IMG/VR virus record: IMGVR_UViG_3300032323_001387
Location: 64,001 to 128,000 of that record
Length of the DNA: 64,000 nucleotides
From: a virus
Reading direction: 5' to 3' (one strand)
The notes under the pieces are model-generated. The model was not told where the DNA came from. It did not search any database and saw only the letters and a list, made by a program, of their open reading frames with translations. Numbering within the stretch: position 1 is the first letter of the stretch; each line of letters starts with the position of its first letter. The translations under genes were made by a program, and so were the position numbers. Below are positions 11,437 to 20,665 of this stretch, one piece after another.

Positions 11437-11465
11437 CACACATTCTGTAAAGAAAGGAGCTAAAA

Positions 11466-11675
11466 ATGGACATAGACTCTATCGAACACCACATACGCAC
11501 TTTGGACAATCAACATACACACGTATCAAGAAAATTGGATGCACTGCTTGCTCAAAAAAGTTGGAATGAATATGAAGCAGAAGACCTTAAAAAGCAGAAA
11601 CTTAAACTAAAAGACGAACTATCAATTATGTATCGAAAGCGATACGACTTAATGAATGAACACGATTACGATTAA
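11466..11675 (+). CDS. Small coiled-coil protein, DUF465/YdcH-like
   Basis: HIRTLDNQH...EDLKKQKLKLKDEL pattern; strong AAGGAG RBS. Confidence 0.65.
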   Translation: MDIDSIEHHIRTLDNQHTHVSRKLDALLAQKSWNEYEAEDLKKQKLKLKDELSIMYRKRYDLMNEHDYD

Positions 11676-12114
11676 CTTTACATTGGAAACCATAGATTTT
11701 GTACTAAAATCTTTAGAAGAAAAAGCCACAGAATTCCACAAACATTCAGTGGAGAGTTATCCTTACGATGTTTACAAAGAACACGATGCTAAAAATCTAA
11801 GTTGTTTGCAGGCTATAAATTATTTTTCCAATCTGAAAGCATTAAAAGAAGTGGAAATTGGTTATCGAGGACACGACTTAAACGTGGAGTATCAAACTCG
11901 ACGATATAACCAATTAGAAAAATTCCATTTTATTAGTAAGGATGATGATAGATCCGATATACATACGGCACTATCAAACCTGCAAACTGAATTAATCCAA
12001 AACAAATATAGACGTGAGACTAGTAAACTAATCATGTTTGATGTTGAGCTACCAGAAAATATTGCAAATATTTTGGACTCATTGGGCATTATAAAAAACC
12101 GTCTACGAAAATAA
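11656..12114 (+). CDS. Hypothetical protein (152 aa)
   Basis: ORF track; overlaps the upstream gene in operon fashion. Confidence 0.6.
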   Translation: MNTITINFTLETIDFVLKSLEEKATEFHKHSVESYPYDVYKEHDAKNLSCLQAINYFSNLKALKEVEIGYRGHDLNVEYQTRRYNQLEKFHFISKDDDRSDIHTALSNLQTELIQNKYRRETSKLIMFDVELPENIANILDSLGIIKNRLRK

Positions 12115-12163
12115 TTGACACAAATTCTCTATACTGTTATAATAATGGTATAGAGAATTTTTT
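12115..12163 (+). promoter_or_regulatory. Sigma70-type promoter embedded in a terminator-like hairpin
   Basis: TTGACA 12115-12120, 17 bp, TATAAT 12138-12143; inverted repeat AAATTCTCTATAC (12122-12134) / GTATAGAGAATTT (12148-12160) followed by T's. Confidence 0.8.
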
Positions 12164-12174
12164 ACGGGACCACT

Positions 12175-13488
12175 ATGGACAAACCTTGGCAAGTCATCGG
12201 CGATTTGGAAAAACATGCCAGTCGCTTAAACAAAGAAGCTATCATTCAAGTTCAAGCAGATGCAGGTAACACTGAGTTTTTTGAAGGGTGCAGGCTAGCA
12301 CTTGACCCTATGATTACGTTTGGGCTTAAACAAATTCCAGAAAAGACAGATGCAGATGGTGCTGGTTTGGATTGGGATAGTTTTAGTCTCATTATCACTG
12401 GCTTTGTTAATCGCAGTCTCACAGGCAACCTTGCCCGCGACACAGTTGCTCAAATGATGAAGAGTGCTACAAAAGCACAGTGGAATGGTTGGTATCGCCG
12501 TATCCTTATCAAGGACCTGCGTTGCGGTACTAGCGAAAAAACAATTAATAAGATTGTAGAAAAGAAATATGCTAGTTATATCATCCCTATTTTTGGTTGT
12601 CAGCTTGCTCATGATAGTGCTAATCATGAAAGTAAAGTTACTGGCAAAAGAATTATCGAAGTCAAGCTTGACGGAGTTCGTGTTATTACTATTGTCCATC
12701 CCAACGGCCGTGTTGATCAATTTAGCCGTAATGGCAAGGAACTGGTAAATTTCCCGCATGTTAAAGAGCAGTTGAGCAAGATTGCTGGACAGTTTACAGA
12801 GCCTATGGTCTTGGACGGCGAAATTATGAGTAGCAGTTTCCAAGACTTGATGAAGCAAGTGCATCGTAAAAGTAATGTTAAAGCTAATGATGCTGTACTG
12901 AACTTGTTTGACGCATTGCCATTAGTTCAGTTTGAATCTGGTGAAAGTGCCACTACACAAGAACAACGTAGTGAGTGGATCAATTCATGGTTTGCATTCA
13001 ACAAAGATGCATTGCCCAACGTAACTGTTGTAGGGCAAGAACTTGTTGATTTGGACACAGAAGCTGGCCAAAAACGTTTCAAGGAAATTAATGCACTGGC
13101 CATCGAAGGCGGCTACGAGGGCATTATGATTAAGGACCCTGAGGCTCCTTATGAGTGCAAGCGCAGTTATGCTTGGTTGAAACTAAAACCTTTTATTGAG
13201 GTAAGTTTGGAGGTGCAAGGTGTCGAAGAAGGAACAGGACGAAACGAAGGACGATTGGGAGCACTTATCTGTGCAGGAGACGACGGAGGAAAGTTTATTC
13301 AAGTCAATTGCGGTAGCGGTTTTTCTGATAGCGATCGCATCACTTTTTGGACTAGTCGTGATTCATTACTTGGAGCAGTGGTTGAAGTAAGAGCCGATGC
13401 TATTACACAGAATCAAGACGGTACGTATAGTTTGCGATTCCCTCGCTTTTTGCGATTCCGCGGATTTGTTCCTGGAGAAAAACTATGA
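12175..13488 (+). CDS. ATP-dependent DNA ligase
   Basis: Motif I EVKLDGVR (KxDG), LDGEI, EGIMIKD, WLKLKP and C-terminal OB-fold SLRFPRF. Confidence 0.95.
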   Translation: MDKPWQVIGDLEKHASRLNKEAIIQVQADAGNTEFFEGCRLALDPMITFGLKQIPEKTDADGAGLDWDSFSLIITGFVNRSLTGNLARDTVAQMMKSATKAQWNGWYRRILIKDLRCGTSEKTINKIVEKKYASYIIPIFGCQLAHDSANHESKVTGKRIIEVKLDGVRVITIVHPNGRVDQFSRNGKELVNFPHVKEQLSKIAGQFTEPMVLDGEIMSSSFQDLMKQVHRKSNVKANDAVLNLFDALPLVQFESGESATTQEQRSEWINSWFAFNKDALPNVTVVGQELVDLDTEAGQKRFKEINALAIEGGYEGIMIKDPEAPYECKRSYAWLKLKPFIEVSLEVQGVEEGTGRNEGRLGALICAGDDGGKFIQVNCGSGFSDSDRITFWTSRDSLLGAVVEVRADAITQNQDGTYSLRFPRFLRFRGFVPGEKL

Positions 13489-13670
13489 TAATAGTTTTTC
13501 TAACCCTTACGTTCCTTTTGGCTTTTCTGTCCGGATTTCACTGGTGTGCATATCAGGTAGAGAAAATTGAAGGCAAAAGCGGATTGAAATATGCAGCCTA
13601 TAGTCTGATGTGTGGTGCAATCAGCTTCTGGTTAATGATTATTGTTGTAGGCAAAGTGTCGAATGGCTAA
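13485..13670 (+). CDS. Small membrane protein (2 hydrophobic segments)
   Basis: ATGA overlap with the ligase stop; two hydrophobic stretches. Confidence 0.6.
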   Translation: MIIVFLTLTFLLAFLSGFHWCAYQVEKIEGKSGLKYAAYSLMCGAISFWLMIIVVGKVSNG

Positions 13671-13911
13671 TCAAACAGACTATTTTAACCGCATTGGCTA
13701 TAAACCAATTTGGCATTTAGGTGACAGAGTATTCGGTCATTGGAATAAAATTCCATTTATAGGTTCTGTGGGCAACGATACTGTAATTAGTCAGCTAGAA
13801 GGACCACGTATTAGCATTCATTTGGATTTACCTATTAGATTTGACAAAAAAATTTATAATGTTATAATTGTCAAGCATAAAGATATTAAAGCATTAAGGA
13901 TATTCGAATGA
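13663..13911 (+). CDS. Hypothetical protein (82 aa)
   Basis: Overlapping operon arrangement. Confidence 0.65.
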   Translation: MANQTDYFNRIGYKPIWHLGDRVFGHWNKIPFIGSVGNDTVISQLEGPRISIHLDLPIRFDKKIYNVIIVKHKDIKALRIFE

Positions 13912-14222
13912 TAAATTGGCTACGAACAAAACTACATAACTTTATTTTTCCAACCGAAAATGCGTTTACGTTTCGTGATGATAGAAAAATGAATACTATT
14001 TCCGCTATTGGCAGTAGTAGACACAATCAGACACTAAGCAGTGAAAACGAACCTTTGAGATTTACAGTATATAATGCTTCAGGAGGCAAGATTGTCGAAA
14101 TTAGTCACTACGATCAAAAACGTGATCGTCATGAAACGAGCTTACATATTATTAGCAGTGACGAGGACTTTGGAGAAAGCCTTGGCAAAATTGCGTTCAT
14201 CGAGCTCCTTAAAAAAGGCTAA
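13908..14222 (+). CDS. Hypothetical protein (104 aa)
   Basis: ATGA overlap with the upstream gene. Confidence 0.65.
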   Translation: MINWLRTKLHNFIFPTENAFTFRDDRKMNTISAIGSSRHNQTLSSENEPLRFTVYNASGGKIVEISHYDQKRDRHETSLHIISSDEDFGESLGKIAFIELLKKG

Positions 14223-14223
14223 T

Positions 14224-14460
14224 ATGCTTACCGATAAAGAAATTGGTATGATACTTGCCGCACAGTTAATGGCTACTATTAGAGACAAAGAACAATCTTA
14301 TATCAGTACCGTAGGCGCTCAATACTCTAGTTTAAAAGATCCTGGTAAACAGATCATGGCAGAACTTGTGGATATGATGTTTGTTAAGGCTGTTGAATTC
14401 GATCAAAAGCGCAGGCAGGATGATGCTGAGCAACTCGTTATAGAAAATCTTAAAAAATGA
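14224..14460 (+). CDS. Hypothetical protein (78 aa)
   Basis: Start moved to ATG 14224 (MLTDKEIG), just after the upstream stop. Confidence 0.6.
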   Translation: MLTDKEIGMILAAQLMATIRDKEQSYISTVGAQYSSLKDPGKQIMAELVDMMFVKAVEFDQKRRQDDAEQLVIENLKK

Positions 14461-14618
14461 AATGTACTACATGTAGAAAAGAGTATTCGATACAGTGCGA
14501 TTATAATCAAGGCCGATGCCCACATCATAAACCTATGATTAATACTCACTCCATGCGTTTTTTAAATTTGTTCACTGCTATTAAAGAATGGCTCAATCGT
14601 GATAAAAACAGCCGTTAA
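14457..14618 (+). CDS. Small Cys/His-rich protein (53 aa), not in the ORF track
   Basis: ATGA overlap; MKCTTCRKEYSIQCDYNQGRCPHHKP...; fills the gap in the operon. Confidence 0.6.
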   Translation: MKCTTCRKEYSIQCDYNQGRCPHHKPMINTHSMRFLNLFTAIKEWLNRDKNSR

Positions 14619-14817
14619 AACAATCAAACAAGGGGACAATGACTTTATGTTTTGTCCGGATGGTATGATCTTATGGCCAAGAGCTTCGTTTGAGATCACT
14701 GACCAGTGTCCTAGTTATTATAAAACTATTATAGCAGAAGCTTATAGTAAAGGGTGGCTCAGACCCCTAGCACATATGCCAGTGCATGAGCATTTTATGG
14801 AACAACTAACATTATGA
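14599..14817 (+). CDS. Hypothetical protein (72 aa)
   Basis: GTG start; ATGA overlap with the next gene. Confidence 0.6.
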   Translation: MIKTAVKTIKQGDNDFMFCPDGMILWPRASFEITDQCPSYYKTIIAEAYSKGWLRPLAHMPVHEHFMEQLTL

Positions 14818-15185
14818 CAAACCCTTTTCGAGATCAAGAAAAATTTATGCGAGCCTGCGATCAGACAGTCGAAGGCTTTAATCAAGAACAATTTAAATTG
14901 TATGTAAAATTAATTGAAGAAGAATTTACAGAGCTTAAAGAAGCAATCAACAACAACGATCTGTTAGAGACGCTAGATGCGTTGGAAGATATTCTTGTTG
15001 TTACCATTGGTGCTATTCACTCGGCTGGTATGGATGGCGAAGGTGCGTGGAAAGAAGTTATGAGCACTAACTTTGCCAAGATTGATAAAGAAACTGGCAA
15101 GGTTCGTAAGCGTGAAGATGGTAAGGTCTTGAAGCCTGTAGGTTGGACTCCTCCGGATCTTACACCTTATGTCAAAAAAGTCTAA
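14814..15185 (+). CDS. MazG-like / all-alpha NTP pyrophosphohydrolase
   Basis: LIEEEFTEL...LDALEDILVV...EVMSTNFAK...REDGKVLKP. Confidence 0.85.
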   Translation: MTNPFRDQEKFMRACDQTVEGFNQEQFKLYVKLIEEEFTELKEAINNNDLLETLDALEDILVVTIGAIHSAGMDGEGAWKEVMSTNFAKIDKETGKVRKREDGKVLKPVGWTPPDLTPYVKKV

Positions 15186-15426
15186 TGTGCTAGACATGAC
15201 GCCCGAAGAAGCTCGGGCGTTTTTACGTAGAGTAATGGGTCCGGACAAGCGCCGCATAAAAGGTCAAGAGTATAAGAATCTAATGTTTATACTCAGTCTC
15301 AAAACTCCTGTAAGTTCGGCAAACAATCAACGGTTATGGACTGACGAATACGAACACAATGGCCGTACATACCTAGTAACCTTCGGCATCGAAGACGATC
15401 CTTGGTTAGAAGAAGTCTGCGATTAA
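15169..15426 (+). CDS. Hypothetical protein (85 aa)
   Basis: Last gene of the plus-strand island; converges on the gp5-like gene. Confidence 0.6.
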   Translation: MSKKSNVLDMTPEEARAFLRRVMGPDKRRIKGQEYKNLMFILSLKTPVSSANNQRLWTDEYEHNGRTYLVTFGIEDDPWLEEVCD

Positions 15427-17675
15427 TATGGCCACGGGCCAACAAAGCCCTGTCTAGCAATATTTTCTAAATTGCCATCTGTGACATTTTTATTAACTAG
15501 ACTATTAAGTGCATAGGTAGATCCTTCTATAGGAGTGCCAGTCTGCCTAAAATAGTTTGTTGCATTAGCAATTAACTGTTGGTCTGTGGCAGGACTACTT
15601 GTTTGTCGATTTAGTTTACCTTTAGCAATCATCTCATTGGTCTTAGCAATGCCTTTATTAATAATCTGCTGTTCATTGATTTCAGGGCCATAATTATTAT
15701 TGGCAATGATGCTTGCTTCTAAAATTCGACGATTTCTGTCTCGTTCGTCTGCGGCGATAAAGCTAGCTGCCTGGTCCCATGCACCTGCTTTATACAAAGG
15801 TGTTAAGTCTACTTTTTGTCCTTTTACAAATGCTGTGCTAGCATCGCCTGTTTGATTTTGATAACTCACTAAACCATCAAACACGTTTTGTGGTACACTT
15901 TTTACTCCCGTAGATGCTAGCATATTTTTAACATCGCGTTGATTTCGTGCAATATCATTGTATAACATTTGTTGTGCATTGTCTGGACTGATACCTTGAC
16001 TTAAGATTTTTCTTAGGTCCATAGACGAGCCGGTGCCAACTGATACTCCGCCAGCAACTACACTATTTGTCGGTGATATTTTTTCAGTGACACTTTTTAA
16101 TCCAGTAGTAATTGCATTACCTGCGGCTGATAACTTTGCTTGGAAATCTTTAAAAATATTTGTACCTAGCAACACTGATCCATTTCCAGGTGGCAAATTT
16201 AAATCAAAGCCTTTTGCTCCTGTATAAGGAGGAGTTGCTTTTTCTGGAATTATCACACTTCCGTAGCCACCGCTCTCGCCTTTACCATCAGCAGTATTAA
16301 CCGGAGTGTATCCGTTTTGTTGTTTAATAACGCTGACAATTTTTTCACTGACTGTTGCATCTTCTACTGCTACTTCTTCATCGTTATTGGGAGTAGGTAC
16401 AATAGGTGCAGGTGCTTCATTCTCTTTTGGCTTTCTAGGCTGAATCTGATTAGGAGCAGGATCAGATTGCATTTGCATATTACCAGTGCCCACAGGATTA
16501 ATCATTCCACTGTGGCCGGCCCATGGTTCATGTTCTGGTACAATGCTACAAATACTTTCCTTTACGCCTTGATTAACAGCTAGGTTGTACATTGGTATTT
16601 CATTGGCAGCATCAGCAACGGGACCGTTCATATGAATAACGCCAGCTGTTTCATAATGTGCTACTCCACTTAAAATATTACTTGTTTCGCCACTACTAAT
16701 TTTAGTATTTGTTGCCGCTAGCATAGAAACTTCGTTGCCGGCGCTGACTTGAAAACTACCAAAATTGGCTTTCATGTTAATATTCAATCCTGCTTCTATA
16801 TTAACATTATTGTCTGCATATAAGTTTATATTTTCTTGACTTCTGACGTTTATGTCTTTGCTGCCATATAAATGTATTCTGCCATCTGCACTCAACTCTA
16901 CCCAACTTTCACCATTTTTACTAATGAGATAAATGTGCCCAGCAACATCATCTAATAATAACTGAGTGCCGTTGGTTGTTCTTAATCTAATTAATTTATT
17001 GTTACCATCTTTGTCGCCGTCATCTAATACAAATTGATGCTGGCCAGGAGTTAATAAACCTATAACTTTACTAGGAGTTTCTCGCATTGCACCGCTGCTA
17101 GTTGTTCCACGTAAAGGATCATTTTCTAATCCCTGCATTTTTAAAGAATTATATGCAGGCGCATGTGCCACGTATTTTTCTAAATCTGGATCTGGATCTT
17201 TTCTATTTTTTGGCGCTACTGGTATGTTTTCGCCTTTATGTGTTTTACCGGCAGGGATTCCAGGAACACTGACCTGTGTGCCACGCTGATACATACAAGC
17301 AAACCAGTAACACAGGTCAGTCTTACCATCCGCAAATGTTACCAATACTCTAGCATCTATATCAGGTGGTACTGCCCAGAATCCATAACTCTTAATAGTA
17401 TCAATGTATTCTTCTACGTTAGTACCCTGATCAAATATACTTGTCGTTCCTGCAAAAGGACTAGCATAATTAGCCACATACCAACTACTTTCTTCCTCAG
17501 GGTCTCCTCCAAATTCAGGTATGTATACTTGTAAGCGGCCCATGTTTTGGCCATCGTCATTCTTTTTAACAATACCGATATATACCCCATACATTCGAGG
17601 TACGCCGGCGCCCCTGTTATCTACATAACTAGCTGGAGCTTTTTTATTGCCATTGGGATTAGGAACTCTTGCCAT
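15423..17675 (-). CDS. Baseplate central spike, T4 gp5/VgrG-like (OB-fold, beta-helix, degenerate lysozyme-like C-terminal domain)
   Basis: YIGIVKKNDD...MGRLQVYIPEFG...YASPF...PPDIDARVLVTF OB-fold; GHQFVLDD...IRLRT and beta-helix repeats; PEHEPW motif. Confidence 0.85.
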   Translation of the reverse strand: MARVPNPNGNKKAPASYVDNRGAGVPRMYGVYIGIVKKNDDGQNMGRLQVYIPEFGGDPEEESSWYVANYASPFAGTTSIFDQGTNVEEYIDTIKSYGFWAVPPDIDARVLVTFADGKTDLCYWFACMYQRGTQVSVPGIPAGKTHKGENIPVAPKNRKDPDPDLEKYVAHAPAYNSLKMQGLENDPLRGTTSSGAMRETPSKVIGLLTPGQHQFVLDDGDKDGNNKLIRLRTTNGTQLLLDDVAGHIYLISKNGESWVELSADGRIHLYGSKDINVRSQENINLYADNNVNIEAGLNINMKANFGSFQVSAGNEVSMLAATNTKISSGETSNILSGVAHYETAGVIHMNGPVADAANEIPMYNLAVNQGVKESICSIVPEHEPWAGHSGMINPVGTGNMQMQSDPAPNQIQPRKPKENEAPAPIVPTPNNDEEVAVEDATVSEKIVSVIKQQNGYTPVNTADGKGESGGYGSVIIPEKATPPYTGAKGFDLNLPPGNGSVLLGTNIFKDFQAKLSAAGNAITTGLKSVTEKISPTNSVVAGGVSVGTGSSMDLRKILSQGISPDNAQQMLYNDIARNQRDVKNMLASTGVKSVPQNVFDGLVSYQNQTGDASTAFVKGQKVDLTPLYKAGAWDQAASFIAADERDRNRRILEASIIANNNYGPEINEQQIINKGIAKTNEMIAKGKLNRQTSSPATDQQLIANATNYFRQTGTPIEGSTYALNSLVNKNVTDGNLENIARQGFVGPWPY

Positions 17676-20662
17676 TATCCTTTACCTCCTAATGCTGCTT
17701 TTCTGATATACTCAAATTCATCTTTTGACGTCAAACTGCTTGGCTTTAAATATCTATCAGGACCTTTCGAACCAGACGGTATCACTCCAACTCCATAGTT
17801 ATAATATTCGTTGCCGGCTTTCAAGCCTTCTTCCCATGTGTTGTATCCATTGTATTTGTTTCGATTGGCAATATAGCCTACTCCCAATGGGTTATTAACT
17901 TCTGCAGGGCCTGGGCGAGCAGTATTGTTATTCTTCCAATCATCTAATCCACCTGCTCCGCTCTTAGTCATAGCAAGGCCGGCCAGTGTTTCAGCTGAGT
18001 ATGGTGAATAATTTGGAACTCCGGCTTCTGCATAGGCTTTCTTGTCTATTCCTTCTAGATGCTTATAATAAGCTTTTGTTTCTTCGCTGTATTGTCTCTT
18101 GGCAGCTTCGTATGCTTCATTTCTAGATTTACCATTATCGACCATAGCCTGTGCATTTGTCACTGGATCAGCAACTGCTGGCGGAGGATCATCTCTTAAC
18201 ATAATTCGTTGTCTAGTTAATGCGTCTGGTATTCCGGTTATAGTAGCAACGGTATTAGGAGCTGTTACTCCTCCTGCGCCGGCACCTTGATCTCCAGACA
18301 GTGCTTCTTGTTTCAATTCGGCATCACGTTGTTCAGCGCCTTGTCTACGTAGATCATTGATTCTATCACGAGCTCTGTCTTCTGATGCCAGTACTCCATC
18401 TGCCCAATCTTCAAAGGACACATCGCCGCCCTCTGTTAAATTGGCTCTAGGCAAAATATGACTAGGTATTGTAGGATCTCTGGATGCTATTAATTTTTGT
18501 GTCCACTTACCTTCTTTAAAAGAATTTTCAATTTTAATAACTCTATAAATGCCAACGATTTGATCATTGTAATTAAACGTTAACATGTCTTGATCATTGT
18601 AACCACCATCAGGCATCATTGTACAGAAATAAAATAACTGGCTTCCTTTATACCATTGCGCTACGCCATAATCTTTCCATACTGGTTCTTTTGACGCCCA
18701 TCCTGGTTCAATGCCGGGCATACGTGCATTGATCATAGCCCTAATCTCATTTTCATTTGAACTAGGCAATTCTATTTTATTAAATCCTGTTTGCCCATTT
18801 ACTAATAAATTAGGAACACCCAGCCAATAAGGATCCCCTACAATTTCCATGTCCAAATTCATTAAGTCGCGAGGTGCTAGTTGAACTGCGAATATTTTTT
18901 CCATTAACTTTTCGTTTTCGGATTTAACAATGTCAACTTGCTCGCCGATAACATCTGGTTCCATTCTAGGAATCAAATTAGGATAATCCATTTCAATGGC
19001 TTTTTTGTATATTGTTTCCCATACATTTTTATCTTTGCCAACATCTTCTGCATAGACTAAAGTATCGAATAAATCTTTTCTGTTTTTGATACTAGTGCCA
19101 GTTACTTTTTGTATTTGCGTATTAAATTCTTCTTCTCGTTTAACAATTTCTTTATTTAAAAAAGCAATATAGTCTTGTATATCTTTATAGTCTTGCTGAG
19201 CTTGTTTACCTTTTCTGTTAAGATAACGTTGATATGCTTCAGGATCTCCTTTGGCATATTTTTCCATGTCCTTTTTTAAGCTCATAGTTAGTTCTTGAGC
19301 TTTGCGTTGCATTGTTTGTATATCAATTCGAGCCGTGCCAGCATCGTTGGCATGAACATAAGGACTTATACGACGATTATAATTCTGTATGTTCATTGCG
19401 CCCGGGCCTGTCTGTCCTCTATCGGCCCATATAACTGGAAAACTAGGTATGCTGAAGGCTTGATTATACTGCATGTCTACGCGAAGTACTTCAGTGTTCA
19501 TACCAGTGTAATTAAAATAATACAATTTACGCAACAATCCTTCTTGTAAATAATATCTTAATTTTGTAAGTACCTTGTCTTTGTTGCTCATTTTGTTTAA
19601 TAAAACGAGCTCATCTGGATACTGGTACATATTTGGTTGATCAGCCAAGTAAATTAAAAATACATGCTTGACAGCATAGCGTTGTCTAATATAATCAAAA
19701 GATTTGTAAACGCTATAGGTTTCAACTCTAAAAAATTGATATACACTACCAAGCATACTTTCTAAATTTGCTTTACTTTGTTCACTGCTACCTGTTGCAT
19801 CAGCAGTTTGAGGGCGCGGACGACCAGGCAGTAAATCAGATATATCTTTAGTACTTTGTAATATTCTAGATATTTGTTGTGTTAATGGAGTGCCTGGTCG
19901 TACACTGACATTAAACTTTCCAAAGAATGCACCTAACCCTCCCCATGTTCCTTGAACTGCCGGATCTGCTCTGCCCTTTGTAGTGAATTCATATTTTTCT
20001 ATTCTGGGTTCAACTAAGAAATGATATTCATCATGGAACACGTCTTGGCTCGCAGGGTTAGGGCCTCCAACTGCTGCACCACTGCCTGCTTTTTGTCTTG
20101 CGGCCGCATATTTAAATTCTTTTGTTTCTAATTCTATTTGTAATTTTCTAAAATAATCCCCAACCGTGCCAGTTTCAATTTTGATTGCTTCTTTAATAGG
20201 CTGTACTAAATCCGTTTGTCCGTGATTACCAGTGTGCGTAAATCTTATATTGTATTCTGTACCTTTCTCAGTGACAGAAGCTTTGACCTCTGTGGAAATT
20301 ATTAGAATTGGCCATATGTATTTGTATGGTGTTCCAGATAACGGAACGTTCTCACCGAATATTTCTATTTCTAATAGATATTTGGCATCAAGGTAATTCA
20401 TTACCCCCACTTGAAAGGCAGCGGCTTTAATATAATCCAGCATGGCCATGCCAGTGGGTTCATATATCTTTAAATCACCTGTGTGATTCATAGCAATCAA
20501 TGTCATTGCATTAGCGTTAATAGAAGCTTCCCAACTGACGTCTGTGACAATGAATCTTCCAGTAGTGGCTGTTTCGGCAATAACTACTCCCAGTCTCGGA
20601 TCTAGTTTGTTGACATCGTTTGGATGTACTAATGTTAATCGTGTATAATAGGTATGTGCCAT
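17675..20662 (-). CDS. Baseplate hub protein, gp27-like (995 aa)
   Basis: LDMEIVGDPYWLG and GIYRVIKIENSFKEGKWTQKL hub motifs; lies directly upstream of the spike gene. Confidence 0.7.
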   Translation of the reverse strand: MAHTYYTRLTLVHPNDVNKLDPRLGVVIAETATTGRFIVTDVSWEASINANAMTLIAMNHTGDLKIYEPTGMAMLDYIKAAAFQVGVMNYLDAKYLLEIEIFGENVPLSGTPYKYIWPILIISTEVKASVTEKGTEYNIRFTHTGNHGQTDLVQPIKEAIKIETGTVGDYFRKLQIELETKEFKYAAARQKAGSGAAVGGPNPASQDVFHDEYHFLVEPRIEKYEFTTKGRADPAVQGTWGGLGAFFGKFNVSVRPGTPLTQQISRILQSTKDISDLLPGRPRPQTADATGSSEQSKANLESMLGSVYQFFRVETYSVYKSFDYIRQRYAVKHVFLIYLADQPNMYQYPDELVLLNKMSNKDKVLTKLRYYLQEGLLRKLYYFNYTGMNTEVLRVDMQYNQAFSIPSFPVIWADRGQTGPGAMNIQNYNRRISPYVHANDAGTARIDIQTMQRKAQELTMSLKKDMEKYAKGDPEAYQRYLNRKGKQAQQDYKDIQDYIAFLNKEIVKREEEFNTQIQKVTGTSIKNRKDLFDTLVYAEDVGKDKNVWETIYKKAIEMDYPNLIPRMEPDVIGEQVDIVKSENEKLMEKIFAVQLAPRDLMNLDMEIVGDPYWLGVPNLLVNGQTGFNKIELPSSNENEIRAMINARMPGIEPGWASKEPVWKDYGVAQWYKGSQLFYFCTMMPDGGYNDQDMLTFNYNDQIVGIYRVIKIENSFKEGKWTQKLIASRDPTIPSHILPRANLTEGGDVSFEDWADGVLASEDRARDRINDLRRQGAEQRDAELKQEALSGDQGAGAGGVTAPNTVATITGIPDALTRQRIMLRDDPPPAVADPVTNAQAMVDNGKSRNEAYEAAKRQYSEETKAYYKHLEGIDKKAYAEAGVPNYSPYSAETLAGLAMTKSGAGGLDDWKNNNTARPGPAEVNNPLGVGYIANRNKYNGYNTWEEGLKAGNEYYNYGVGVIPSGSKGPDRYLKPSSLTSKDEFEYIRKAALGGKG

Positions 20663-20665
20663 ATG

